Assembly: GCA_902518895.1 (NCBI GenBank)
Contig: CABYHL010000002.1
Location: 8,680-72,679, forward strand
Length of the DNA: 64,000 nt
Source: an uncultured Alphaproteobacteria bacterium
GTDB taxonomy: Bacteria > Pseudomonadota > Alphaproteobacteria > HIMB59 > GCA-002718135
Direction: 5' to 3'
Made by a program: the position numbers and the translations under genes. The notes under the pieces are model-generated. The model saw nothing but the letters and a program-made list of their open reading frames with translations. It had not been told where the DNA came from and searched no databases. This document shows, one piece after another, positions 37,153-47,029 of this stretch. How positions within the stretch are numbered: the stretch's first letter is position 1; every line of letters begins with the position of its first letter.

Positions 37153-38181
37153 TTAACTTGGACAGTTTAGATATGTGCTATCAAAAGTTTCTAAAATCTC
37201 TAAAGAAATTCCTCTCATAGCCATAACGTATGTATCAACATCGCTAATATCAACAAATACAGTACCTGAATCAATAAATTGATCAGTTTGTGCAGTTGAT
37301 TTCCAAGGTGCATCAGCTTTGAACTCACAACCTTGTCTAACTTTGTCCATTACATATGAACCAATGTAACCTTGTCCATATGGGTTTTGAAGCATAGTTC
37401 CGTGAACATAACCATCTTTAATAGCTTTTAAAACTACTTCGTCATGATCAATACCAACCATTTTAATTCTTTTATCGCCCATATTAGTTAAAGCTTGTGC
37501 TGCTACAACAGCAGGAACCCAAGCAGTAGTAACAATACCATCTACTTCACTTCCTTGAGCCGCCATGAAAGCATTAATTTTTTCATCAGCCGGTTCATAA
37601 GCATCAATATCAGCAATAACTTGAATAATTTCTACTCCACCACCTGCTTCTGAAACAGCTTGTTCAACAGCATTGATTCTTAGAGTTGTATTTGGATCAA
37701 CTAAGAAGCCAGTAAAGTGAGCAATTTTTCCTTTGCCGCCTAAAGCTTTAATTAATTCTTTTGTACCAAGATAAGCTGAGTGACCAGTGTCCGTTCCAAA
37801 ACAAAATTTTGCTTGAGTTGGTTGCTCAACACAACCTGCTAAAGCAGCTGTTGGTATACCAGCATCATCTAGTTCACCTAAAATTTTATTTGTTCCAACT
37901 GCATCACCAGGGAATACAAGTACTGCATTGTAACCTTGGCCAACTAAACTTTCAATTAACTCATTTTGTTGACTTAGATCCCACTCTGCAGGGACTCTGT
38001 AATCTGCTTTTCCTAAACCAAAGTCTTCTACAGCATCTAAACCTGCTTGTTCCCACGCAGCAAAATATGGGTGTGGGCCACCAGGGACTAGAGCTACTTT
38101 AGTAACACCATGACCACCTGCAAAAACAGGTGATGCTAGTAAAGCAAAAAAAGAAGTTAAAAATATAATAAATTTTTTCAT
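37153..38181 (-). CDS. Monosaccharide ABC transporter substrate-binding protein (type I PBP)
   Basis: 342 aa with signal peptide 'MKKFIIFLTSFFALLASPVFA'. The ATG is preceded by AGGAGG. First gene of the L-fucose operon. Confidence 0.85.
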   Translation of the reverse strand: MKKFIIFLTSFFALLASPVFAGGHGVTKVALVPGGPHPYFAAWEQAGLDAVEDFGLGKADYRVPAEWDLSQQNELIESLVGQGYNAVLVFPGDAVGTNKILGELDDAGIPTAALAGCVEQPTQAKFCFGTDTGHSAYLGTKELIKALGGKGKIAHFTGFLVDPNTTLRINAVEQAVSEAGGGVEIIQVIADIDAYEPADEKINAFMAAQGSEVDGIVTTAWVPAVVAAQALTNMGDKRIKMVGIDHDEVVLKAIKDGYVHGTMLQNPYGQGYIGSYVMDKVRQGCEFKADAPWKSTAQTDQFIDSGTVFVDISDVDTYVMAMRGISLEILETFDSTYLNCPS

Positions 38182-38285
38182 TATTCCTCCTTAAATTATT
38201 TTTAATGTAAGCAGAATTAGAACTTAAATCAACAAAAATAAAATAAAGTATTTATTTATAATTATATTGATATTACTATTGTCGC

Positions 38286-39473
38286 ATGCTGTATTCATTT
38301 AGATGGTTTGGTCATAATGATCCTTCAAAATTAGATCAAATTCGACAGATAGGTGTTGAAGGAATCGTATCATCACTAGCACAAATAAAATATGGTGAAA
38401 AATGGTCTGCATTTGAAATTAAGAAAAGAAAGAAATTTATTGAAAGTTTCAAAATTAATAACAATAAAAATTTAACTTGGAGTGTTGTTGAAAGTCTTCC
38501 TGTTCATAATGATATAAAAAAGAGATCAGGGAGATACAAATATTACATAGATCAATACAAAGAGTCATTGATAAATTTAGGAAAGAATAAAATTAAAAAT
38601 ATTTGTTACAATTTTATGCCATTGATTGATTGGGTGAGAACAGATTTAAATCATCAACTACCAAATGGAGCATTTGCTCTAAAATATAATCATCTTCATG
38701 TCTGTGCATTTGAAAATTTTATTTTGAAATCTAAAACAGCAAAAACAAGGTATTCATCCAAAGACATCCATACTTCAAAAAAAATATTACAAAAAATGAA
38801 TTCTAGTGATTTAAAAAAACTTAAGATGTCTTTACTTGGAGGGTTAGCTGCAAACGATAGAAAGTATACAATTAAAGATTTAAATTATGAGATTGATCAA
38901 TTTGCAGAATTAAATCATAGTGATTTACAAAATAATTTAAAAGATTTTATAGAAGAAATTTATCCAATCATAAAAAAATATAATATTCATTACAATATTC
39001 ATCCAGATGATCCTCCATATAATGTTTATGGATTACCAAGAATTGTTTCTAATGAGAAAGATATTAATTTTATTGTGAATATAAAAAAAGATATAAATGT
39101 AGGTTTAACTTTTTGTACAGGATCCCTTGGTGTTAATAAAAAAAATAACTTAGTAAATATAATTAAAAAATACGGATCTTATATAAATTTTATTCATTTA
39201 AGAAATATAAGACACATTCCAAATTCTCTCGATTTTTATGAAGATGATCATCTTAATGGAAGCCTGGACATGGTATCTATTGTTAAAGCAATATTAAAAG
39301 AAGAAAATAAAAGGAAAAAAAATAATCACCCTATTAAACAAATTCCTATGAGGCCTGATCATGGGCATACAATACTTCATGACCAATTTAATTCAGTAAT
39401 ACCTGGATATTCATTATTAGGCAGAATGAAAGGGCTAGATCAGCTTAAAGGTGTAATAAAAGCTATAAATTAA
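38286..39473 (+). CDS. uxuA: Mannonate dehydratase
   Basis: 395 aa. N-terminus 'FRWFGHNDPSKLDQIRQIGVEGIVSSL' parallels the UxuA N-terminus. Confidence 0.8.
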   Translation: MLYSFRWFGHNDPSKLDQIRQIGVEGIVSSLAQIKYGEKWSAFEIKKRKKFIESFKINNNKNLTWSVVESLPVHNDIKKRSGRYKYYIDQYKESLINLGKNKIKNICYNFMPLIDWVRTDLNHQLPNGAFALKYNHLHVCAFENFILKSKTAKTRYSSKDIHTSKKILQKMNSSDLKKLKMSLLGGLAANDRKYTIKDLNYEIDQFAELNHSDLQNNLKDFIEEIYPIIKKYNIHYNIHPDDPPYNVYGLPRIVSNEKDINFIVNIKKDINVGLTFCTGSLGVNKKNNLVNIIKKYGSYINFIHLRNIRHIPNSLDFYEDDHLNGSLDMVSIVKAILKEENKRKKNNHPIKQIPMRPDHGHTILHDQFNSVIPGYSLLGRMKGLDQLKGVIKAIN

Positions 39474-40512
39474 TTTTTACCTTATATTTATTTGCTAAAA
39501 ATAAAAAATCAGTTTTTAATTCCTTATCTATTGGAATACCTGTTTTTAATCTATTTTTAGAAGTAATTTTTTCCTTTTCTCCTGGATATAAAATCGGATT
39601 ATTATTTTTTTTTGACTTTTGCTTTTTTAAATCATTTATATAGTTTTGCATGCCGTTAAAATATTGTTTTTTTGTTGTGAAAGCATTTAATGAAATGGCA
39701 ATTAAGAAATGTCCTAACTTTCTTGGTGTACTAAAATCTGGTCCAATCATTGATAATAAACGATATCCATGAGCCATACCAATAAGAGGTCCACACATTA
39801 TTTCTACCGAAGAAGATAATCCAAAACCTTTATATCCATATTCTTTACCTCCAAGTGGAGCCAAAGAAACAGCGTTATAAGGGTTAGTTGTGTAATTTCC
39901 GTATTTATCGAGGGCAATCTCAGAATTTAATTTAGTAGAATTTGCTCTGGCTCTCATAACTTTATTCCATGCTATCGAAGTTGAAGAAAAATCAGCATGT
40001 AAAAAGTCTTTATTACCTATTGGTGCTGTAAAAGAATAAGGATTAGTCCCGTGAAAAGGTTTCTTACCATTATAAGGTATGGCAAAAGCATCTGAGTGTG
40101 TAAATGAAAAACCAACGCAGTCATTTTGTGCAATATCCATAGAATATACACCTGCGGCACCATAGTGTGAGGAGTTGATTATACCTATTGAAGCAATTCC
40201 ATTCTTCTTTGCCATAGATGATACTATTGCTGAAGCCTTTAAAGCTGCAACATGTCCTAAGCCATCATCAGCATCATAGACAGCTACACCTCTATTTTTT
40301 TTTATAAGCTTCATTTTAGGTTTTGCTTTTATTCTTCCGTTTTCAATACATTTTACATAATGAGAAAATAATCTAATACCATGACTGTCCACACCTCTAA
40401 TAGAAGAATCTAAAAGTGATTTAATAAGTAAATTTCTATCTTTTTTTGGAACAGATAGTTTTGAGAAAATGCTATCAAAAAATTTATTTATTTTGTTAGG
40501 TAAAATTTTCAT
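39463..40512 (-). CDS. Malate/L-lactate/sulfolactate dehydrogenase family (Ldh_2) oxidoreductase
   Basis: 349 aa with 'RGVDSHGIRLFSHYV' and 'HYGAAG' motifs of the Ldh_2 family. Confidence 0.8.
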   Translation of the reverse strand: MKILPNKINKFFDSIFSKLSVPKKDRNLLIKSLLDSSIRGVDSHGIRLFSHYVKCIENGRIKAKPKMKLIKKNRGVAVYDADDGLGHVAALKASAIVSSMAKKNGIASIGIINSSHYGAAGVYSMDIAQNDCVGFSFTHSDAFAIPYNGKKPFHGTNPYSFTAPIGNKDFLHADFSSTSIAWNKVMRARANSTKLNSEIALDKYGNYTTNPYNAVSLAPLGGKEYGYKGFGLSSSVEIMCGPLIGMAHGYRLLSMIGPDFSTPRKLGHFLIAISLNAFTTKKQYFNGMQNYINDLKKQKSKKNNNPILYPGEKEKITSKNRLKTGIPIDKELKTDFLFLANKYKVKINL

Positions 40513-40513
40513 C

Positions 40514-41944
40514 TTATGAAATTATTTCTTTTAATAATGATTTTAAAGGATTTTCTTTCATTAAATTTATATTTTTTTTGACTGCTGTTAACATTTTTTC
40601 TTTTTTACTTTCAGATAGATTAAAAATATTTTTGTTATTAACAATTTCTTCAAAAAAATTACTCTTATTGTTTTTATAAACTTTGTAGAAATATTCATTA
40701 TTAGCATCATCCAGTCTATTTTGATCTTCTTCAATAATTTGAAATAAAAAAAATAACCAACAAGATATAATAAAGTGGATGTATTTAGTTTCACCTTTAT
40801 TATTATTATAAGTATCAAGTATTCTAATGGGTATTTTTAAAGATCCATCCATAGCAATTCTTAATAATTTATCTTCTATGAAAGTATTTTGAAATCTTTC
40901 CAATATTTTGATTTTATATTCATTAATATTAAAATTATCTTTAGTTTCTAAAGTAGGTAATACTTCCTTATCTAAAAAATTTAAAATGAAATTATAAATA
41001 TTTTCATCTTTAATTGCTTCATGAACATAAGTGTATCCACACAAATGACCAATATATGCTAATACTGAATGAGACGCATTGAGAATTTTAAGTTTAATAT
41101 TTTCATAAAATTTTACATCATCAACAAACTTAATTTTATTGTTTGCTAAAATATTTTTTAGTTCATTATTTTTTGATTGAATGTACCAATCTCTATAAGG
41201 TTCTGTAACAACAATTGCATTATCAAGATAGGGTAAGTTAAAAAATTCAGATTGCTTATTATTATTTGGTACAATTCCATCAACCATAGATAATGGAAAT
41301 TCAATATTTTCTTTAAACCAATCTAAACATTCAGGATATTTTTTTTCTATAAATTCCTTGATTAAATTTTGTAAAATTTTTCCATTTTCAGATAAATTAT
41401 CACAACTCAGTACAATTAATTTTTTCTTATTTTGTTTATATCTTTCTATTATTCCAAAACCCAAGTGACCTATCATAGTAGATAGATCTTTGTCCTCTAG
41501 ATCATTTTTGATTTCATTTGAAAAATTCAGTTTTTTATTTCTATCAAAATGATATCCTTTTTCTGTGACAGTAATAGTGATTAGTTTGATTTTTTCTGAT
41601 GCTATTAAATTTCTAATTTCATTCTTGTTATTTAAGCCAAATAGTATTTTTTTTATTGGATTTAAAATATCAACTTTTTTGTAGTTATTTGATACCCTTA
41701 CTAAAGTATACAAGTAATCTTGCTTTTTCATTTTTTTGTTTGTTTCGTCTGATCTTAAATTAACCCCAATTATGGAAATATTTTTATTATTTTCTAATAT
41801 TTCATGAATATAAAGCGCCTGATGTGCTCTATGAAAGTTACCAACACCGAAATGCACTATAGAGTCTTTATTATTATTAATATTATAAGTTGGAAAAGAT
41901 TGTTCTTTTAATAGATTTCTGTTTATATTTTTATTTAATTGCAT
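40514..41944 (-). CDS. uxuB: Mannitol dehydrogenase family (fructuronate/tagaturonate reductase-like)
   Basis: 476 aa with 'VHFGVGNFHRAHQA' N-terminal dinucleotide/substrate motif. Context with uxuA. Confidence 0.72.
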   Translation of the reverse strand: MQLNKNINRNLLKEQSFPTYNINNNKDSIVHFGVGNFHRAHQALYIHEILENNKNISIIGVNLRSDETNKKMKKQDYLYTLVRVSNNYKKVDILNPIKKILFGLNNKNEIRNLIASEKIKLITITVTEKGYHFDRNKKLNFSNEIKNDLEDKDLSTMIGHLGFGIIERYKQNKKKLIVLSCDNLSENGKILQNLIKEFIEKKYPECLDWFKENIEFPLSMVDGIVPNNNKQSEFFNLPYLDNAIVVTEPYRDWYIQSKNNELKNILANNKIKFVDDVKFYENIKLKILNASHSVLAYIGHLCGYTYVHEAIKDENIYNFILNFLDKEVLPTLETKDNFNINEYKIKILERFQNTFIEDKLLRIAMDGSLKIPIRILDTYNNNKGETKYIHFIISCWLFFLFQIIEEDQNRLDDANNEYFYKVYKNNKSNFFEEIVNNKNIFNLSESKKEKMLTAVKKNINLMKENPLKSLLKEIIS

Positions 41945-41974
41945 ATTAGTATTTAAAATATACTTAAACGGAAG

Positions 41975-42727
41975 ATGATCAATAAAATATATAAAAGTGT
42001 CTTAATAACAGGTGCCTCAAGTGGTATTGGATTAGAAACTCTTAAAAGATTTTTTAAAGAAAAAATAAAAATTTATGCTCTTGATAAAGATATTTCAGCA
42101 TTAGAGAAATTAAAAAAAAAATATAAATTTGAAATCATTCAAATTGATCTTTTTAATACTGATCAAATTTATGAAAAACTTACTAAACTTAACGTTGATA
42201 TTGTAGTTTGTAATGCTGGTATTGGAAGAGGAGCAGAAGGTATATTAAAAGCGTCAAGACAAGATATTGAATTATCTACAAGATTAAATGTTGAGTCATA
42301 TCTTCATACCTTAAAAGCTATTGTTCCAGGAATGATAAAAAGAAGAAAAGGTCATGTAATTTTAATGGGATCACTTGCGGGTCTATATCCACAAATGAGT
42401 ACTGTTTATGGTGGTCAAAAAGGCGCTGTCCACAGAATTGCTCAAAGTTTAAGAATTGAACTTAGTGGATCAAGAGTGAAAGTTTCTGAAATATGCCCTG
42501 GAAGAACTAAAACAAATTTTGGTAAAGCTGCTTTTACAGATAAAAATAAAGCAAAAAAATTTATGTCTGGTTTTACTCTTCTAGAGCCAAGAGATATTGC
42601 TGATGCTATAATGTTTGCTTTAAGTGTTAGATGGCGAAGCAATATCAGTACCATTGAAATCTCTGGTACAGAACAATCTCCAGGCGGAGTACCAATTATT
42701 CCTGTTAAAGACCCAATATTGAGTTAG
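41975..42727 (+). CDS. SDR-family oxidoreductase
   Basis: 250 aa with 'ITGASSGIG' and catalytic 'YGGQKGA'. Confidence 0.8.
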   Translation: MINKIYKSVLITGASSGIGLETLKRFFKEKIKIYALDKDISALEKLKKKYKFEIIQIDLFNTDQIYEKLTKLNVDIVVCNAGIGRGAEGILKASRQDIELSTRLNVESYLHTLKAIVPGMIKRRKGHVILMGSLAGLYPQMSTVYGGQKGAVHRIAQSLRIELSGSRVKVSEICPGRTKTNFGKAAFTDKNKAKKFMSGFTLLEPRDIADAIMFALSVRWRSNISTIEISGTEQSPGGVPIIPVKDPILS

Positions 42728-42731
42728 AAAT

Positions 42732-43940
42732 TTATTTAATTCCTAAAAAGGTCTTGGCATTATTAATTAAGAGATTGTTCAAATCTCTGTTTATAATTTC
42801 CTTACTTAAAGGATAGTTTTTTTTAATTAAATGCTCATAATTTTCTATCATTACTGAAGATAAAATTTCTTTAAAATGAGACCATTTATATATTAATTGA
42901 TCTGTAATTCTAGCATCAGAATGTTGAGGAATAAAGGACAGACCTAATAAATCCATTCTCATTTTTAAAATTGGTTCAATTATACTTGGTTGATTCATAA
43001 ACCACCAGAAACCAAAAATTTTTAAATTTTGATGTTTTCTTCCTAAAACAGTAAGTTCATGTTGATCATTTAATGACAAACAAGTTACTAAGAATTTATT
43101 TTTAGGATAATTATTACAAAGTTTAGATAAATCTTTTAAATCTATATTTCCAATTCCATCACCTGCTTCATCAAAATTCTTGTTTACTCCTCTTTTAACT
43201 CCCAACATTAAAGATAATGGCAGATTCTTTTTTAATAACCATTTTAATATTTCTTTCCATAAATCGCTATTAAGAATTTCTCTAAATTTTTCCGTATCTA
43301 AAGAAATTGCAGCATAAATTGGTTGAGATTTTTGAAAACAGAGTTCTAAATAATCAATTATTTGAATAAATTTATTTGAAGTTTCATTACTGAAATTTTG
43401 AGCTATTGAAATTGATTTATTAAATTCCAACATTAGACTATCCAATCTCAATGAAGAACGATATCTTTTTTTATCCCATGCTTCAGAAGAAAAAATTGAC
43501 CATTCATCTTCATCAAATGGATTATTTGTCATAACTATTGAATCTATATTACTTTTATTGAATATTTCTTTATCAGTTAGCTTTAAACCAGCGTACAATT
43601 CATTTATTTGTAAAAAATTTTTATCTTTTATCGGAATAGATAATGATTCTAAAATTGTTAAAACTCCTTTGCAAGCTTCAGATATTGGAGTTCTTTTATT
43701 AAATAATTCATTCCATACGATTTCAGCCTTCTGTAATTTATCTAATGATTTAAATTTATGAATATCAATATTTGTTGTAACAAATAACTCCGCAATTAAA
43801 TAATGATAATTTAAAGTTTCTACAAGTCCGCTTAAATAATAGTTTTCATGCTGGGGAGGAAATAAATGTGTATGAATATCTAAAATTTTAATTTTGTTTA
43901 ATGTATTTTCTAGAATAGTTTGAACTTCTACTTTTTTCAT
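42732..43940 (-). CDS. Amidohydrolase-superfamily protein, short uronate-isomerase-like
   Basis: 402 aa. N-terminal 'ILDIHTHLFPP' metal-site motif, and an overall layout like divergent short UxaC-type isomerases. The assignment is tentative. Confidence 0.55.
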   Translation of the reverse strand: MKKVEVQTILENTLNKIKILDIHTHLFPPQHENYYLSGLVETLNYHYLIAELFVTTNIDIHKFKSLDKLQKAEIVWNELFNKRTPISEACKGVLTILESLSIPIKDKNFLQINELYAGLKLTDKEIFNKSNIDSIVMTNNPFDEDEWSIFSSEAWDKKRYRSSLRLDSLMLEFNKSISIAQNFSNETSNKFIQIIDYLELCFQKSQPIYAAISLDTEKFREILNSDLWKEILKWLLKKNLPLSLMLGVKRGVNKNFDEAGDGIGNIDLKDLSKLCNNYPKNKFLVTCLSLNDQHELTVLGRKHQNLKIFGFWWFMNQPSIIEPILKMRMDLLGLSFIPQHSDARITDQLIYKWSHFKEILSSVMIENYEHLIKKNYPLSKEIINRDLNNLLINNAKTFLGIK

Positions 43941-44947
43941 TTATCGATTCTCAATTTTGCCTTATCTGGAATTGCATGCTCTAAATTTCTGGGTTTTTTA
44001 TTCTTAAGTATCCTTGATATATCATCAAACATCATATCTCTAATTTTCATATAAGAAAAATACATTCCTCCTGCTAAATGTGAATTAAAAATAATGTTAT
44101 TTTTTTTTCTCAAAAAAGAGTCTAATGGTACAGGCTCTTCAGGAAAAACATCTATTGCCGCTCTAAAATATTTTTTTTCAGCTAATTCAACAAATGCCTC
44201 AAAATCCACAACCTCTGCTCTACTTATCAAAATAACTGAGGCATCTTTTTTAATCATTTTTAACTTAGTTCTATTTAATAAATTTATATTATCTTTTGTG
44301 ACACCAGATAAAATAAATATAAATTGATTATTTTTTAATATTGAGTTTAAATGTGTCTTTCTGACATTAAATTTATCAAATTCTTGTTTTGTTAACCATG
44401 GATCATAGGATGAAATTTTACAATTAAATGGTTTAAGCAGCTTAATAAGAGATTTAGCTAGATTCCCAAATCCAATAAAACCTACATTTGCATCGTATAA
44501 ATTATATGAATTTCTATTTCCCTCAATTCCATATTTTTCTTTAGCAAGAATAAAATCTCTATGATTTACATAAGTATTTCTTGATAGCGCAATAGCATGA
44601 CCAATGCATGCTTCTGCTACAGCTGGAGCCATAGCAGGAGCTGCAGATAAGACATATATTCCTTTTTTATATGCTTCTTTATAATCAATATTATTTTCCC
44701 AATTTCCCTTAACGTTAATAATTGCTTTAAGTTTTTTGGATAATTTTAATCTTCTCCTGTCCATTGAAGTTTGACCTACAATAATTTCTACATCTGGTAA
44801 AATACTCTCAACAATATTTATTGGTGCTCTTTTACCGAAATAAGTTTTTAATCTAGAAATTTTTTTTAATTTTTTTTCTAAAGTTGATGATAAGACCATT
44901 TCTTTAGTTCTAGGATAAGGGTCAAAAAAAATTAAAGGCTTTACCAT
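43937..44947 (-). CDS. D-isomer-specific 2-hydroxyacid dehydrogenase
   Basis: 336 aa with NAD motif 'GFIGFGNLAKSL' and C-terminal 'FNSHLAG' His region. Confidence 0.75.
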   Translation of the reverse strand: MVKPLIFFDPYPRTKEMVLSSTLEKKLKKISRLKTYFGKRAPINIVESILPDVEIIVGQTSMDRRRLKLSKKLKAIINVKGNWENNIDYKEAYKKGIYVLSAAPAMAPAVAEACIGHAIALSRNTYVNHRDFILAKEKYGIEGNRNSYNLYDANVGFIGFGNLAKSLIKLLKPFNCKISSYDPWLTKQEFDKFNVRKTHLNSILKNNQFIFILSGVTKDNINLLNRTKLKMIKKDASVILISRAEVVDFEAFVELAEKKYFRAAIDVFPEEPVPLDSFLRKKNNIIFNSHLAGGMYFSYMKIRDMMFDDISRILKNKKPRNLEHAIPDKAKLRIDK

Positions 44948-46038
44948 TAATTCTTATTGTATTTTTTAGGTATCCAAGATTTATAATAAATACTCTCTTT
45001 TTTTATTGGTAAAATGATATTTTTATCTTCATTAAATGATTTATAAACGGCAGTTACAAATTCTATTGATTTTCTTCCATCATATAAATTTACCTCATTA
45101 CTTTTTTTTCCTTCTAAGTTGTTAGCAATCTCGCTAAATAAACCTGCATAACCGGATTGAATGTTTTCAACGTTTCTAATCACTTCATCAATTTTTTTTT
45201 GTTCATTTGGTTTTCTGGCCTCAAAAGTCCAAGTATCTTCTGCAGGTTTATAAGGTGAATTTCCTGAAGTGGCCGTTAAATTCTCAAATGAAAACTTTAG
45301 TCTTGAAGTATCATTTGCAGCTCCTAGAGTAATTGAGCTAGTTACAAGAGAGCCATTTTGCATTTGGATTGATAGTGCTGCACAATCTTCTACTTCTATA
45401 TTATTTACTCTAGTTGATAATTTTGCATAAACAGAAAATATCTCACCAAATACCATAGTTAATAAATCATGAATATGTATAGCGTGACCAAGAATAGCCC
45501 CTCCTCTTTCACCCTTCCATGTTCCTCTCCATTCATTATCGTAATAATTTGAGTCCCTATTCCAATATGTCTCTAGAGAAGCAACAAAAGGTTTTCCTGC
45601 TAACCCACTTTCTATTAATAAGTTTAATTGTTTTGTACCTTTACCAAATCTATATTGAAAAACAGGGTAAATATTCTTTTTTGTTATTTGAGAAATTTTT
45701 ATTAATTGGTCTACTTCTTCAAGACTACCTGCTAATGGTTTTTCACAAATTGCATGCTTACCTGCTTCTAAGGCTTTTTTTACATATTCAAAATGTAAAT
45801 CAGGAGGTAAACATATATCAATCAGATCTATTTCATCATCGTTGAGAACTTCTTCATAATCTTCAGTTATTTTTGTATTATTGTTTGAAATTAATCTCTT
45901 TGCTTTATCAACATCTAAATCACAAATATATTTTACACTAAATCTATCCAATTGCGTATTAAATGCATTCAAGTGTTCTTTACCAATACCCGCTCCAATT
46001 ATAGCTACTTTAAAAAGTCTATTGATCATTTTCTGCAA
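44947..46038 (-). CDS. Gfo/Idh/MocA-family oxidoreductase
   Basis: 363 aa with 'VAIIGAGIGKEH' Rossmann and 'AICEKPLA' motifs. An alternative ATG at 46029 is possible. Confidence 0.75.
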   Translation of the reverse strand: MQKMINRLFKVAIIGAGIGKEHLNAFNTQLDRFSVKYICDLDVDKAKRLISNNNTKITEDYEEVLNDDEIDLIDICLPPDLHFEYVKKALEAGKHAICEKPLAGSLEEVDQLIKISQITKKNIYPVFQYRFGKGTKQLNLLIESGLAGKPFVASLETYWNRDSNYYDNEWRGTWKGERGGAILGHAIHIHDLLTMVFGEIFSVYAKLSTRVNNIEVEDCAALSIQMQNGSLVTSSITLGAANDTSRLKFSFENLTATSGNSPYKPAEDTWTFEARKPNEQKKIDEVIRNVENIQSGYAGLFSEIANNLEGKKSNEVNLYDGRKSIEFVTAVYKSFNEDKNIILPIKKESIYYKSWIPKKYNKN

Positions 46039-47029
46039 TTATTTGAGCTTGCAATGCAAGCTCCATTGATAAAAATGTAATTTTTTGTGATGTTGCCGTT
46101 TCAGTTCTGTTTAATACATCACTTATTAAGTTTGAAAAATATGGAAGCTTTATATTGCTACAATCAATGTATTTAACTTCTGTATTGTTTGCATAAAATA
46201 AATGATCCCCCGAAGATTTTTTGGCTATGTCTGTATATTTTCTAAGTTCAATATAACCTTTATCACCTAGTATAAATAATCTGCCATCTCCCCAAGTTGG
46301 TAAAGCATCTGGAGTAAACCAATCTAATCTTATATATCCATGACCAGAGTTTCCAGTCAAATTTATTTCGCCAAAATCTTGGAAACCTTTTTTTTCTGGT
46401 ATACTAGAATTTTGCACTAACGCATGGTTTATTTTTGCAGTAGTTGATCCAGTAAAAATTAAAAACTGATGCACTTGATGAGAGCCAATATCAGTTAATA
46501 TTCCCCCATAAGATTCTCTATCATAGAACCAATCTGGTCTTGCATAATTACCTTTCCTATGTGGACCTGTTCCAATAGTTTGTACAACTTTCCCTATTAC
46601 ACCACTATTGACTAAATCTTCCGCTTTTGCAACAGCTGGAACTTGAAATCTTTCAGAAAAGTTTACTGACCATATTCTTCGATGATTTTTTACTACTGAT
46701 TTAATTTGTTCAAGTTGCTCTAAAGTTGTGCATCCTGGCTTATCAACCATTACATCCTTTCCATTTTGCATTGCTAAAATTGCTAATTCAGCTCGATCTT
46801 TAGGTATCGAAGAAATTAAAATCATATCAATTGTATCATCTTCAATTATTTTCATTTTATCTTCAACTTTAGATAGGAAAGGAAATTTATCTTGAAAAGT
46901 TTTATTGTTATTTGTTTCTTCTTTCGTCCACCAATAATCACATGTGCAGCCTAAATTTAACATTTCGCTAAGCATATCGTAAATATGGCCGTGATCGATT
47001 CCCAATACCCCTAGTTTTAACTTTTTCAT
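46019..47029 (-). CDS. Gfo/Idh/MocA-family oxidoreductase
   Basis: 336 aa with 'LGVLGIDHGH' and 'VMVDKPGC'. Confidence 0.75.
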   Translation of the reverse strand: MKKLKLGVLGIDHGHIYDMLSEMLNLGCTCDYWWTKEETNNNKTFQDKFPFLSKVEDKMKIIEDDTIDMILISSIPKDRAELAILAMQNGKDVMVDKPGCTTLEQLEQIKSVVKNHRRIWSVNFSERFQVPAVAKAEDLVNSGVIGKVVQTIGTGPHRKGNYARPDWFYDRESYGGILTDIGSHQVHQFLIFTGSTTAKINHALVQNSSIPEKKGFQDFGEINLTGNSGHGYIRLDWFTPDALPTWGDGRLFILGDKGYIELRKYTDIAKKSSGDHLFYANNTEVKYIDCSNIKLPYFSNLISDVLNRTETATSQKITFLSMELALQAQIIAENDQ

